Source of the DNA: an uncultured Janthinobacterium sp. | GTDB lineage: Bacteria > Vulcanimicrobiota > Vulcanimicrobiia > Vulcanimicrobiales > Vulcanimicrobiaceae | Reading direction: 5' to 3' | DNA: 14,708 nucleotides | Assembly: GCA_964658025.1 (NCBI GenBank) | Contig: CAZZXB010000009.1 | Span: 1 to 14,708 of the forward strand | Made by a program: the position numbers and the translations under genes | Notes under the pieces: generated by a model | Seen by the model: the letters and a program-made list of their open reading frames with translations, nothing else | Told to the model about the DNA's origin: nothing | The model's database searches: none | Part shown: in pieces, positions 5,610 through 14,703 of the stretch | Numbering within the stretch: position 1 is the first letter of the stretch | Layout of the letters: each line of letters opens with the position of its first letter

Positions 5610-6921
5610 CGCGCTCCGGCGCCCGACGCTCTGGCGGCAGCTCGTGATGTTCTTCTCCGTGATCGGACCGGGGATCATCACCGCGAACGCCGACAACGAC
5701 GTCGGCGGCATCACGACCTACTCGATCGCGGGCGCGCAGTTCGGGTATTCGATGCTCTGGCTGCTCCTGCCGGTCACGCTCGCGCTCATCGTGACGCAAG
5801 AGATGTGCGCGCGGATGGGCGCGGTCACGGGGAAGGGGCTCGCCGATCTGATCCGCGAGAACTTCGGCGTGAAGGTCACGGCGATCGTGCTCTTCCTCTT
5901 CGTCGTGAGCGACCTCGGAAACACCGCGGCCGAGTTCGCGGGCATCGCGTCCGCGGCGCCGATCATCCACACGTATCTGCCGTTCCTCTCCGGCATGTCG
6001 GAGTATTGGTTCGCGTTCGTGCTCGTCGCGGCGGCGGCGCTCCTCGTGTACACGACGATCACGCGCGGCAATTATCGGATCGTCGAACGCGTCTTCTTCG
6101 TCTTCTGCATCCTCTATCTCGCCTACGTCGTGAGCGGCGTGCTCGTGAAGCCGCCGTGGGGCGAGGTGTTGCGCGCGACGATCGTGCCGCACTTCACGCC
6201 GACGAGCGCGTATCTCCTCACGGCGATCGGCGTGATCGGCACGACGATCTCGCCCTGGATGCAGTTCTACATCCAGTCGGCCGTCGTCGAGAAGGGCGTC
6301 CGCGTCGAACAGTACGCGTACTCGCGCATCGACGTGATCACGGGCTCGGTCGTCACGGACGTGATCGCGTTCTTCATCGTCGTCTCGAGCGCCGCGACGA
6401 TCTTCTTCCATAACGCGCACCTCGCGCCCGGAGCGTCGCCCCTGGTCATCAAAGACGCGGGCGACGTCGCGCAAGCGCTCCAACCGCTCGCCGGCAAATA
6501 CGCCTCGCTCCTCTTCGCCCTCGGCTTGCTCAACGCGGCGATCTTCACCGCATCGATCCTCCCGCTCTCGACGGCGTACTACGTGTGCGAGGCCTTCGGC
6601 TTCGAATCGGGAGTCCAGCGCCGCTTCTCCGAAGCGAAGATTTTTTACGGCCTCTACCTCGGGCTGATCGTCCTCGGTGCCGGATTCGTCGTGACGCCGG
6701 GCGCGCCGCTCCTCGCGACGATCTTCTACTCGCAGGTGCTCAACGGGGTCTTACTCCCGGTCGTCCTCGTGCTGATGTTACTGTTGATCAACGACAAACG
6801 ACTGATGGGCCGCTTCACGAATAATCTCGCGTTCAACGCGATCGCCTGGGCGACCGTCGGGATCGTCGGCGTGCTGACGGTCGTGTCGACCGTCCAGCAG
6901 ACCTTCTTCGGCGGAAGTTAG
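5596..6921 (+). CDS. Nramp-family divalent metal transporter, Nramp-related Mg2+ transporter (NRMT/NrmT) type
   Basis: About 11 hydrophobic segments; GPGIITANADNDVGGITTYS, QEMCARMGAVTGKGL and GTTISPWMQFY. The TM1 and TM6 motifs differ from DPGN/MPH in the way NRMTs do. Overlaps the upstream gene by 14 nt. Confidence 0.9.
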   Translation: MPAPDALRRPTLWRQLVMFFSVIGPGIITANADNDVGGITTYSIAGAQFGYSMLWLLLPVTLALIVTQEMCARMGAVTGKGLADLIRENFGVKVTAIVLFLFVVSDLGNTAAEFAGIASAAPIIHTYLPFLSGMSEYWFAFVLVAAAALLVYTTITRGNYRIVERVFFVFCILYLAYVVSGVLVKPPWGEVLRATIVPHFTPTSAYLLTAIGVIGTTISPWMQFYIQSAVVEKGVRVEQYAYSRIDVITGSVVTDVIAFFIVVSSAATIFFHNAHLAPGASPLVIKDAGDVAQALQPLAGKYASLLFALGLLNAAIFTASILPLSTAYYVCEAFGFESGVQRRFSEAKIFYGLYLGLIVLGAGFVVTPGAPLLATIFYSQVLNGVLLPVVLVLMLLLINDKRLMGRFTNNLAFNAIAWATVGIVGVLTVVSTVQQTFFGGS

Positions 6922-6947
6922 CGCGACACGGAAAAGGGAAAAGGCGC

Positions 6948-7283
6948 TCAACCGTGCGATGCTCGCACGGCGTGCTGTCCCAAGCCGTAGACGTATCCGA
7001 GCACGAGAAATCCGACGACGAGCGTGCCGAGCACGAGCGCGCGCGGGCGACCGCGACGTTCGAACGCACTCGCCATCGCATAGACGCCGCCGCTGAAGAT
7101 CGCGAGGATCCAGTGGGCCGGGGGCGGTACGAGTTTCGTGATTCCCCATATCGCGAAGCCGAGAACGATCTGGAGGACGAGCAGATAGAGCACGAAACGA
7201 CGCGCCGGCACCCAGAAGATCGCGGCGAGCGACGTCAGCACGACGATCAAACCGACGTAGAGGTGGACGTTCAGAATTCCCAT
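6948..7283 (-). CDS. Hypothetical small integral membrane protein (about 4 TM segments)
   Basis: 111 aa with four hydrophobic stretches; it fills the gap between the Nramp and PucR genes. Confidence 0.75.
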   Translation of the reverse strand: MGILNVHLYVGLIVVLTSLAAIFWVPARRFVLYLLVLQIVLGFAIWGITKLVPPPAHWILAIFSGGVYAMASAFERRGRPRALVLGTLVVGFLVLGYVYGLGQHAVRASHG

Positions 7284-7300
7284 GTCTCGGGGGGCTTCGC

Positions 7301-8518
7301 GTGATCGATAGCGCCGTCATCTCGACCGATCAACTCGTCGACTTCGGCGAAGGACTCGCGCGCATCGCGAGCACGGGCGGCGGCACGAAAGCACTCGCGA
7401 CGCACCTCGCGACCGCGCTCGAGGCCGCGGTGCTCGTCGAGGACGCGGAGTGGAAACACGTCGCGCTCGCGGGGACGGGCGCGCGCCGCGTCCCGCCGTC
7501 GGCGCGCGACATGATCGGCAACGTCGCCGATCGCGAGAACCTCGTCACGCTCCTGACGCCGGGCGACCCGCTCGGCGGTCTCGCCGTTCGGATCCGCGCG
7601 GGCGACGCCGCCGCGGGCTGGCTCTCGGTCTTTCCGACGGGCTCGCTCGAAGGCCGCACCGGCGCCGCGCGGCTCACGGCCGCCGCGATCGCGGTCGAAC
7701 TCTCGCGCGACACGGGCGGCGGAAAGAATCGCCGGAAATCGTTTTGGGATCGTCTCCTCGCGCGCAACTACGACGACCCGATCGAGGCGCGCGACGACGC
7801 GACCGCGCGCGGCATCGCGCTCGCACCGACGTACGTCGCGGTCGCGGTCGAGGCCGAGGGGCTCGACGAAGCGTCGTCGACCGTGAAGACGGGCGACCTG
7901 CGCCGGATCGCGCTCGAGACGTTGCGCTCCGGTCCGAGCGAGATCGTCGTGCTCGAGCGCGGCGGCGGGTTCGTGTTCCTGTGTCCGGCACCGCTCGACG
8001 TCGACGCGGCCAACGTGCGCACGGCGGCGACGCTCATCCCGCGCGCCGCGACGAAGGTGCAATTCGGCGCGAAGATCGTCGGCGGCATCGGACGGCCGGT
8101 CGACGCGATCGCCGCGTTCCGCACCGTCGACGAAGCGCGCGAATCGATGTTCATCGCGCGACGCCTCTTCGGCGGTTCGCGCGTGATGCCGTACGAAGAT
8201 CTCGGCGTCTATCCGCTCCTGTTGCGCGGCGGGACGACCGAAGCCGAACTGCGCGCCTTCTCCGATCGGGTCCTCGCGCCGCTACGCGCGTACGACGAGA
8301 AGCATCAGACCGAACTCATCCGCACGCTGCGGCTCTATTTCGACGTCGGCCAGAACGTGAAGACCGCGGCCGCGGAGCTGTCGGTCCATCGCCACACGGT
8401 GTTCTACCGGTTGCGTCAGATCGCCGATATCAGCGAGAACGACCTCGACTCCCCTCACGACCAACTCACCCTGCGAACGGCGATGGCGATCGATGCACTC
8501 AACGCTCACGAACGGTAA
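7301..8518 (+). CDS. PucR/CdaR-family transcriptional regulator
   Basis: C-terminal HTH: LAPLRAYDEKHQTELIRTLRLYF...NVKTAAAELSVHRHTVFYRLRQI...DL. The preceding region GIGRPV...EARES...YEDLGVYPLL is typical of the family. Confidence 0.92.
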   Translation: MIDSAVISTDQLVDFGEGLARIASTGGGTKALATHLATALEAAVLVEDAEWKHVALAGTGARRVPPSARDMIGNVADRENLVTLLTPGDPLGGLAVRIRAGDAAAGWLSVFPTGSLEGRTGAARLTAAAIAVELSRDTGGGKNRRKSFWDRLLARNYDDPIEARDDATARGIALAPTYVAVAVEAEGLDEASSTVKTGDLRRIALETLRSGPSEIVVLERGGGFVFLCPAPLDVDAANVRTAATLIPRAATKVQFGAKIVGGIGRPVDAIAAFRTVDEARESMFIARRLFGGSRVMPYEDLGVYPLLLRGGTTEAELRAFSDRVLAPLRAYDEKHQTELIRTLRLYFDVGQNVKTAAAELSVHRHTVFYRLRQIADISENDLDSPHDQLTLRTAMAIDALNAHER

Positions 8519-8519
8519 A

Positions 8520-9839
8520 GTGACGAACAAACGCGAGATCCTCAAACTCGCGAAGGAACGCGAGGTCCGTTTCGTGCGGCTCTCGTTCGTCGATATCCTC
8601 GGGATCAACAAGAACGTCACGGTCCCGATCGGCGAACTCGAACGCGCGATCGAGGGGAAGGTCACCTTCGACGGCGGCTCGATCGACGGATTCGTGCGCG
8701 GCGAGGAAGCCGACATGATGTTGCTCCCCGATCTCTCGACCTTCGCGATCCATCCGTGGACCGAGGGCGGGCGCGTCGAGGGTCGACTCATCTGCGACAT
8801 CGCGACGCCGGACGGCGAGCCGTTCGAAGGGTGCCCGCGCACGACGTTGCGACGCGCGATCGAAGACGCGCGCGACGTCGCGACGGGATTGCTCAGCGGC
8901 TTGGAAGTCGAGTTCTATCTCTTCGATCTCGACGCCGGAGGCTCGCCGACGACGCGCTCGCACGACGTCGGATCGTATTTCGACATCGACGAAACCGATC
9001 GCGGCGAGGCGGCACGGCTCGAGATCGTCACCGCGCTCGAATCGATGGGGATCGCCGTCGCGAGCGCGCATCACGAGCACGGCGCGGGTCAGCACGAGAT
9101 CGATCTCAAGGAGGCCGGGATCCTCGCCGCGGCCGACGCGCTCGTGACCACGCGCACGGCCGCGAAACACATCGCCGCACGACACGGCCTCCACGCGACG
9201 TTCATGCCGAAACCGAGCGAGGAACTCGCGGGCTCGGGCGTCCACGTCTACTTCTCGCTCCCCGCCGACGCCACGCCCGGCGGCGCCCCGCCCGACGGCG
9301 ATCTCACCGAGGAGACGCTCTTCGCGATCGGCGGGCTCTTGCAACACGCGCCCGCATTCACCGCGATCTGCAATCCCACGGTGAACTCGTACAAGCGACT
9401 CGTCGCCGCGTGGGACGCGCCGATCTACACGGTCTGGTCGCATCGCAGCGCGAACTCGCTCGTCCGCGTGCCGAACCAGACGGACGGACGGGCCGTCGTC
9501 GAAGTTCGCAGCGCCGATCCGTCGTGCAATCCGTATCTCGCCATGGCCGTCCTCGTGGCGAGCCTCGCGAGCGGGATCCGCGACCACCGGCTCCCGGGCG
9601 ATCCGCTCGTCGGCACGACCTACGATCTCGACGAACGCGCGCGCGACAAGCGTCGGATCCGAACGCTCCCGAAATCGCTCCGGCAGGCGCTCAAGGAACT
9701 CGACGACGACCCCGTCGTCCGCGGCGCGCTCGGCGATCACGTGTATCACGCGTTCCGCGACGCGAAGTTCGCGGAATACGAGCGATACCGTCGGGCCGTC
9801 CATCCCTGGGAACGCGACGCATACCTGCGCATCTACTGA
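8520..9839 (+). CDS. Glutamine synthetase type I-alpha-like protein with non-canonical active-site residues
   Basis: FVDILGINKNV, FDGGSIDGF, GLEVEFYLF, HHEHGAGQHEIDL, HATFMPKP, NPTVNSYKRLV, EVRSADPSCNPYLA and VHPWERDAY. GTG 8520, 1 nt after the regulator's stop, fits the N-terminus of Bacillus-type GlnA; the track's ATG 8493 is the alternative start. Confidence 0.92.
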   Translation: MTNKREILKLAKEREVRFVRLSFVDILGINKNVTVPIGELERAIEGKVTFDGGSIDGFVRGEEADMMLLPDLSTFAIHPWTEGGRVEGRLICDIATPDGEPFEGCPRTTLRRAIEDARDVATGLLSGLEVEFYLFDLDAGGSPTTRSHDVGSYFDIDETDRGEAARLEIVTALESMGIAVASAHHEHGAGQHEIDLKEAGILAAADALVTTRTAAKHIAARHGLHATFMPKPSEELAGSGVHVYFSLPADATPGGAPPDGDLTEETLFAIGGLLQHAPAFTAICNPTVNSYKRLVAAWDAPIYTVWSHRSANSLVRVPNQTDGRAVVEVRSADPSCNPYLAMAVLVASLASGIRDHRLPGDPLVGTTYDLDERARDKRRIRTLPKSLRQALKELDDDPVVRGALGDHVYHAFRDAKFAEYERYRRAVHPWERDAYLRIY

Positions 9840-9918
9840 CCGCCGGCTTCCTGAGAGCGGCGTCACCGTTGGGGCGCACGCGATAAAGCGACCCGTATGA
9901 CCTGACGACACACACCGT

Positions 9919-11331
9919 ATGCCGCCACACCCCCGCTCGGACGAGCGTGCGTACGCAGACGTCTCGATCGGAGAACGGCGGGCGGCTCTCGCCGTCGCAC
10001 TCTCGCTCATCGCGGGCGCCTTCGCGACCGTACCGTTCGGCGCCCGACCGCTCCCCGAGATGACCGCCATCGTTCCGGCGATCAGTTCGGCCGCGTGCGT
10101 CGCGATGCTCGTCTCCGCGTCGATCCTGCGCAATCAATACCGCCGCTCCGGATTTCTCCCGCACGCGTTCCTCGGCACGGCGTACGGTTGCGCGGCGTTG
10201 CTCCTGGTTCCGTACATGCTGACGTTTCCGGGCGTGTTCTCGAAAACGGGCTTCGGCGCCGGAGCGCAGACGACGGCGTGGTTCTGGGTCGGCTGGCACG
10301 CGGCGTTCATCGTCCTCGCGGGCGGCTACGTTTGGGCGGAGAGTTACTTCACGCGGACCGCGGTCGACGCGAGCGCCTCGGCACGCATCGCGCGCAACTA
10401 CGTCGTCGTCGTCGCCGTCGTCGCGGGTTCGCTCGTCGAAGCGCTCTATCTCTTCCACGCCGACCTCCCCGTGCTCGTCACGTCGTCCGGCTACGCGCCC
10501 TTCTTCCATCAGATGGTCGAAGGGCTCGTCATCGCGTCGTGCGCCGCCGTGTTCGCCACGCTCGTCGCGCGGACGTCGCTGCGTAACGCGACGGATCTCT
10601 GGCTCGCGGTCGTGTTGCTCGCGCTCGCGATCGAGGTGTTCGTCGGCGGCGAGATGGTCCGCACGCGGGCGTCGCTCGCCTGGTACGTCGATCTCTTCGA
10701 GGGCGCGGCGTGGATGACGATCTTTCTCGTCGTCCAACTCCGCCACGCGAACGAGCAGCTCGCGGCGTTCGCCGCCGACAAACGTTCGCTCATCGAGGCC
10801 GCGTTCCGCGACGCGTTGACGGGGCTCTACAATCGGCGCGGATACGACGCGCGATTCGAAGAGGAGATCGAGAACTGCGCGCTCGCGCGGGCGCAGATCT
10901 CGCTCGTCGCGTTCGACATCGACGACTTCAAGGCGTACAACGATTACTTCGGCCATCCCGCGGGCGACGAGGTGTTACGCACGATCGGCAGGACGATCGC
11001 GACCGTCGCCAATCGCCCGCCGGACGCGTGTTTTCGGCTCGGCGGCGACGAGTTCGTCGCGCTCCTGCCCTTCACCGATCTCGCGGGCGCCGCGGTCGTC
11101 GCCGAACGCGCGCGCGCCGCGTTCGCGCGCTTGGCGATCGTGCAGAGTCCGCACGCGCGCAGCCCGCTCCTGACGGTCAGCTTCGGCGTCGCAGCGGCCG
11201 ACGCGTCGGGCGACGACGTGCGGGGACTCTCCGAGCGCGCCGACCGCGCGCTCTACCGCGCGAAGCGGGGCGGGCTCAAACGCATCGCACTCGACATGTC
11301 GTACACGGGCGACGAACGCACGTCCGTCTGA
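9919..11331 (+). CDS. Membrane-bound diguanylate cyclase (multi-TM sensor, probably MASE4-like, plus GGDEF domain)
   Basis: N-terminal TM region with LTFPGVFS...QTTAWFWVGWH; RDALTGLYNRR, DIDDFKAYNDYFGHPAGDEVL, an intact GGDEF, an RxxD I-site (RPPD) and ADRALYRAK. Confidence 0.92.
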   Translation: MPPHPRSDERAYADVSIGERRAALAVALSLIAGAFATVPFGARPLPEMTAIVPAISSAACVAMLVSASILRNQYRRSGFLPHAFLGTAYGCAALLLVPYMLTFPGVFSKTGFGAGAQTTAWFWVGWHAAFIVLAGGYVWAESYFTRTAVDASASARIARNYVVVVAVVAGSLVEALYLFHADLPVLVTSSGYAPFFHQMVEGLVIASCAAVFATLVARTSLRNATDLWLAVVLLALAIEVFVGGEMVRTRASLAWYVDLFEGAAWMTIFLVVQLRHANEQLAAFAADKRSLIEAAFRDALTGLYNRRGYDARFEEEIENCALARAQISLVAFDIDDFKAYNDYFGHPAGDEVLRTIGRTIATVANRPPDACFRLGGDEFVALLPFTDLAGAAVVAERARAAFARLAIVQSPHARSPLLTVSFGVAAADASGDDVRGLSERADRALYRAKRGGLKRIALDMSYTGDERTSV

Positions 11332-11343
11332 ATCGCGACGCGA

Positions 11344-12783
11344 TCAGGCCGAGGCGAGATCGCGCGCGGCCGCCTCGCGCAACAACGCCCAGACGGCGCG
11401 GACGTCGCGTTCGGTCGTCCGCTCGTTGCCGATCGCGACGCGGGGGACGAGCCGGCCGTCGAGCTTCGTCGTAGAGAGAAATGCCTCGCCCGTCGCGTTG
11501 ACCGCGTCGACGAGTCGGGCGTTGTGCGCGTCCCACTCCGCAGGCGCGAGGGCGGGCGGTTCGTGACGGAAGCAGACGACCGAGAGCGGATGCGGCGCGG
11601 CGACGACCCAGTCCGGTTCGTCGCGCACCCACCCCGCGAAGCGTTGCGCGAGCGCGACGTGCTCGCGTAACGCCGCGCGCATCCCTTCGGCGCCGAAGTG
11701 TCGGAGCGCGAACCAGAGTTTGAGCGCTCGGAAGCGACGGCCGAGCTGCAGACCGTAGTCCATGTAATTGCGAACGTCCGTCTCGGGCGTCACGAGGTAG
11801 TCCGCGACGAGCGCGAAGGTCCGCCGCAAGAGCGCGAGATCGCGAACGTACAGAACCGAGAGATCGATCGGCACGAACATCCACTTGTGCGGATTCACGA
11901 CGAGCGAATCGGCACGTTCCGTGCCCGCGAGGAGGTGCCGGAACTCGGGGACGATCGCCGCCGGTCCCGCGTATGCGGCATCGACGTGAAACCACGCATC
12001 GTGCGCTTTCGCGATCCGCCCGATCTCGACGACGGGATCGCTCGAGGTCGTCGAGGTCGTCCCGACGGTCGCGACGACGCACATCGGACGCATCCCGCGC
12101 GCGCGATCCTGCGCGAGCGCGTCTTCGAGGGCGTCCGGTCGCATCCGATAGGCCTCGTCGACCGCGACGCGGACGACGTTCTCGCGCCCGACGCCGAGCG
12201 CGATCGCGGCCTTCTCCACGTGCGAGTGCGTGTGCTCCGTGAGATAGACGCGTAGCGCGGGCAGATCCGCGCGACCGGCGAGTCCGCGTTCGCGGACGTC
12301 GAGCCCGAGCGATTCGCGCGCCGCTGCGAGCGCCGTAAAGCCGGAGATCGACGCCGTGTCGTAGACGATCCCGCTGAGCCCGTCGTCGAGCCCGAGCAGG
12401 GTACGCAACCAAACGAGAACGACGTCTTCGAGTTCGGTCGCCGCGGGCGACGTACGCCAGAGCATCGCGTTGACGTCGAGCGTCGCGGCGAGCGCTTCCG
12501 CGATCACGGCGACGGGCGCCGAACTGATCGAGAAGTACGCGAAGAAACGCGGGTGATTCCAATGCGTGATGCCGGGGACCACGAGCCGTTCGAAATCGGC
12601 GAAGATCCGTTCGAACGATTCGCCCCGCTCCGGCGCCTCGCGCGGGAGCGCGCGGACGAGGTCGCCCGGCTCCGCGCGCGAGAGCACGGGATATCGTCCG
12701 GGATCGCGATAGTAGCCGTCGATCCAGCGCGCCGCGCGCTCGAAGGCGGCGAGCAGAGATTCGCCGGGCGCGAGATCGCTCAC
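11344..12783 (-). CDS. Group II PLP-dependent decarboxylase (aromatic L-amino acid decarboxylase-like)
   Basis: PGITHWNHPRFFAYF, SPAATELE, WFHVDAAYAG, DSLVVNPHKW (PLP lysine) and LGRRFRALKLWF. Confidence 0.93.
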   Translation of the reverse strand: MSDLAPGESLLAAFERAARWIDGYYRDPGRYPVLSRAEPGDLVRALPREAPERGESFERIFADFERLVVPGITHWNHPRFFAYFSISSAPVAVIAEALAATLDVNAMLWRTSPAATELEDVVLVWLRTLLGLDDGLSGIVYDTASISGFTALAAARESLGLDVRERGLAGRADLPALRVYLTEHTHSHVEKAAIALGVGRENVVRVAVDEAYRMRPDALEDALAQDRARGMRPMCVVATVGTTSTTSSDPVVEIGRIAKAHDAWFHVDAAYAGPAAIVPEFRHLLAGTERADSLVVNPHKWMFVPIDLSVLYVRDLALLRRTFALVADYLVTPETDVRNYMDYGLQLGRRFRALKLWFALRHFGAEGMRAALREHVALAQRFAGWVRDEPDWVVAAPHPLSVVCFRHEPPALAPAEWDAHNARLVDAVNATGEAFLSTTKLDGRLVPRVAIGNERTTERDVRAVWALLREAAARDLASA

Positions 12784-12795
12784 GCGAACCCGCTT

Positions 12796-12987
12796 CTACG
12801 CCTGCGGCGAGACGTCCGTGATCTGATCGATATAGAGCGTCGCGCCGCCGCCCGGCCGCGCGATGAATACCGAAATCGAACGCTCGGTCAACAGTTCCGT
12901 CCGCAACACGCCGACGTGTTCGGACCCGTCGTTCAAGCGAACGCTCACCGCGCGCTCGGCGAATTCTCGGAGTTCGTCGACTTCCAT
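12796..12987 (-). CDS. Small hypothetical protein (63 aa), possibly Sm/SH3-like beta-barrel
   Basis: ATG-initiated, 12 nt upstream of the decarboxylase on the same strand, with normal composition. VSVRLNDGSEHVGVL resembles the Sm1 pattern. Confidence 0.7.
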   Translation of the reverse strand: MEVDELREFAERAVSVRLNDGSEHVGVLRTELLTERSISVFIARPGGGATLYIDQITDVSPQA

Positions 12988-13076
12988 CGCGTACTAGACC
13001 GCTCCAAACCCCGCCCGGTTCCGCGAGGGAATTCCGACCGGTCCTGCGGATACGCTCGGACGGAGGGCACGAGACC

Positions 13077-14123
13077 ATGAAGTATCGCACGTATCCCGGG
13101 ACCGACATCGCCGTGAGCGAGGTCGGCTTCGGACTCTGGACGACGTCGACCGGTTGGTGGGGCGAGATCACCGACGACGGCGCGACGGAATTATTGCGCG
13201 AGGCGCTCGATCTCGGCGTCACGCTCTTCGACGCGGCCGACACCTACGGCAACGGTCGCAGCGAAGAACAACTCGCCCGCGCCTTCTCGGGCCGTCGCGA
13301 CGAGGTCGTGTACTCCACGAAGTTCGGCTACGATTTCTACACCTACGCGGGCGAGCGCAAGGGCCAGCAAGAGATCCCGCACGACTTCTCGCCGTCGTTC
13401 GTGCGCTACGCCCTCGAGCAGTCGCTACGTCGCCTGCAGACCGACGTCATCGATATCTATTCGATCCACAACGCGCATCTCTCGGAGATCGAAAACGACG
13501 AACTCTTCGCCTTACTCGAAGCCTTCGAGAGCGAAGGCAAGATCCGCAGTTACGGCGTGGCGCTCGGACCCGCGATCGGCTGGCTCGTCGAGGGCGTCGA
13601 GTCCGCGCGCAAGCGGAACGTGACGAACGTGCAGATGATCTGGAACGTCTTCGAACAGTTCCCCGGCGCCGAGATGGTGCGCGCCGCCTACGATGCGAAC
13701 GCGAAAACCGGCTACCAGATCCGCGTGCCGCATTCGAGCGGCATGCTCGAGGGTCGCTACACGCTCGACACGACGTTCGCCCCGACCGACCATCGCAGTC
13801 ACCGCCCGAAGAGCTGGCTCGTCGCCGGCGTGAAAAAAGTCGAGACCGTCCGCTTCCTCGAGGAACGCGGCCGCACGCTCGGACAGGCCTCGATCCAATG
13901 GCTCCTCGCCGAACCGCGCGTGATGACCGTCTTGCCGAACATCTACAACGGCGAGCAACTGCGAGAGTTCGCCGCCGCCTCCGACACGCCGCCGCTCGAC
14001 CACAGCGAGATGGCGCGCATCGCCGAACTCGCGAAAACCAATTTCGGCGTCGAGGAACCGCCCATGAAGTACAAAGGTACGATGTCGTTCGAGGCCCCCG
14101 TCCCCGCCGAAGCGCGCGCGTGA
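13077..14123 (+). CDS. Aldo/keto reductase family oxidoreductase
   Basis: VSEVGFG, FDAADTYGNGRSE (Asp/Tyr), STKFG (Lys), SLRRLQTDVIDIYSIHN (His) and EGKIRSYGV. SD GGAGGG. Confidence 0.93.
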   Translation: MKYRTYPGTDIAVSEVGFGLWTTSTGWWGEITDDGATELLREALDLGVTLFDAADTYGNGRSEEQLARAFSGRRDEVVYSTKFGYDFYTYAGERKGQQEIPHDFSPSFVRYALEQSLRRLQTDVIDIYSIHNAHLSEIENDELFALLEAFESEGKIRSYGVALGPAIGWLVEGVESARKRNVTNVQMIWNVFEQFPGAEMVRAAYDANAKTGYQIRVPHSSGMLEGRYTLDTTFAPTDHRSHRPKSWLVAGVKKVETVRFLEERGRTLGQASIQWLLAEPRVMTVLPNIYNGEQLREFAAASDTPPLDHSEMARIAELAKTNFGVEEPPMKYKGTMSFEAPVPAEARA

Positions 14124-14500
14124 AGCGAATCCAAACCGAAGCCGCCCCCGCGCCGATCGGTCCGTACTCGCAGGCCGTCGAGGTCGGCGGCTTCCTGTTC
14201 TGTAGCGGCCAGATCCCGCTCGATCCGCATTCGGGCGAGATCGTGGAAGGCGGCGTCGCCACGCAGACGCATCAAGTAATGGCGAACGTCGCCGCCGTCC
14301 TCGCCGCCGCCGGCCGCAATTTCGCCGACGTCGTGAAAACGACGATCTACTTACTCGACATGTCCGATTTCGCCGCCGTCAACGCCGTCTACGGCGAATT
14401 CTTCAAAGGCACCGACACCCCACCCGCCCGCTCGACCGTCGCCGTGAAAGAACTCCCCCGCGGCTCTCGCGTAGAGATCGAAGTCCTAGCGCGATCGTAA
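14120..14500 (+). CDS. ridA: RidA / YjgF-YER057c-UK114 family enamine-imine deaminase (126 aa)
   Basis: GTG 14120 overlaps the AKR stop (GTGA). APAPIGPYSQAV, SGQIPLDP, VVKTTIYL, FAAVNAVY and PPARSTVAVKELPRGSRVEIE with the conserved Arg. It is the C-terminal part of track ORF 13154-14500. Confidence 0.93.
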   Translation: MKRIQTEAAPAPIGPYSQAVEVGGFLFCSGQIPLDPHSGEIVEGGVATQTHQVMANVAAVLAAAGRNFADVVKTTIYLLDMSDFAAVNAVYGEFFKGTDTPPARSTVAVKELPRGSRVEIEVLARS

Positions 14501-14677
14501 CCCGCTCCCGCACCAAGCCCACGCGCGAGCGTCGCCGCCGACGAACGCACGAACCAGCTAACCGCGCTCTTCCCGCGTCGTCGACCACCGACAGCGGGCG
14601 GGGGCGTGCGATTCGCTCGCGGGAACTACCGACGAGGAGCGGAGCCCGGAGGGCGGGAGCGACGAGCGGTGTAGCAG

Positions 14678-14703
14678 CAAAAATCCCATGGATGGGATTT
14701 TTG
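14678..14703. repeat. Perfect 12-bp inverted repeat (bidirectional terminator or REP-like element)
   Basis: CAAAAATCCCAT-GG-ATGGGATTTTTG. Confidence 0.65.

Noticed and set aside
8499..13243. Long alternative-frame ORFs (8499-10133 minus, 8756-9886 plus, 9691-10956 minus, 11276-13243 minus)
   Set aside because: Low-complexity Arg-rich translations overlapping well-supported genes, with no recognisable motifs.
13154..14119. 448-aa ORF suggesting a long N-terminal extension or fusion on RidA
   Set aside because: The upstream part is an off-frame read of the aldo/keto reductase; RidA homology begins at GTG 14120, which overlaps the AKR stop.
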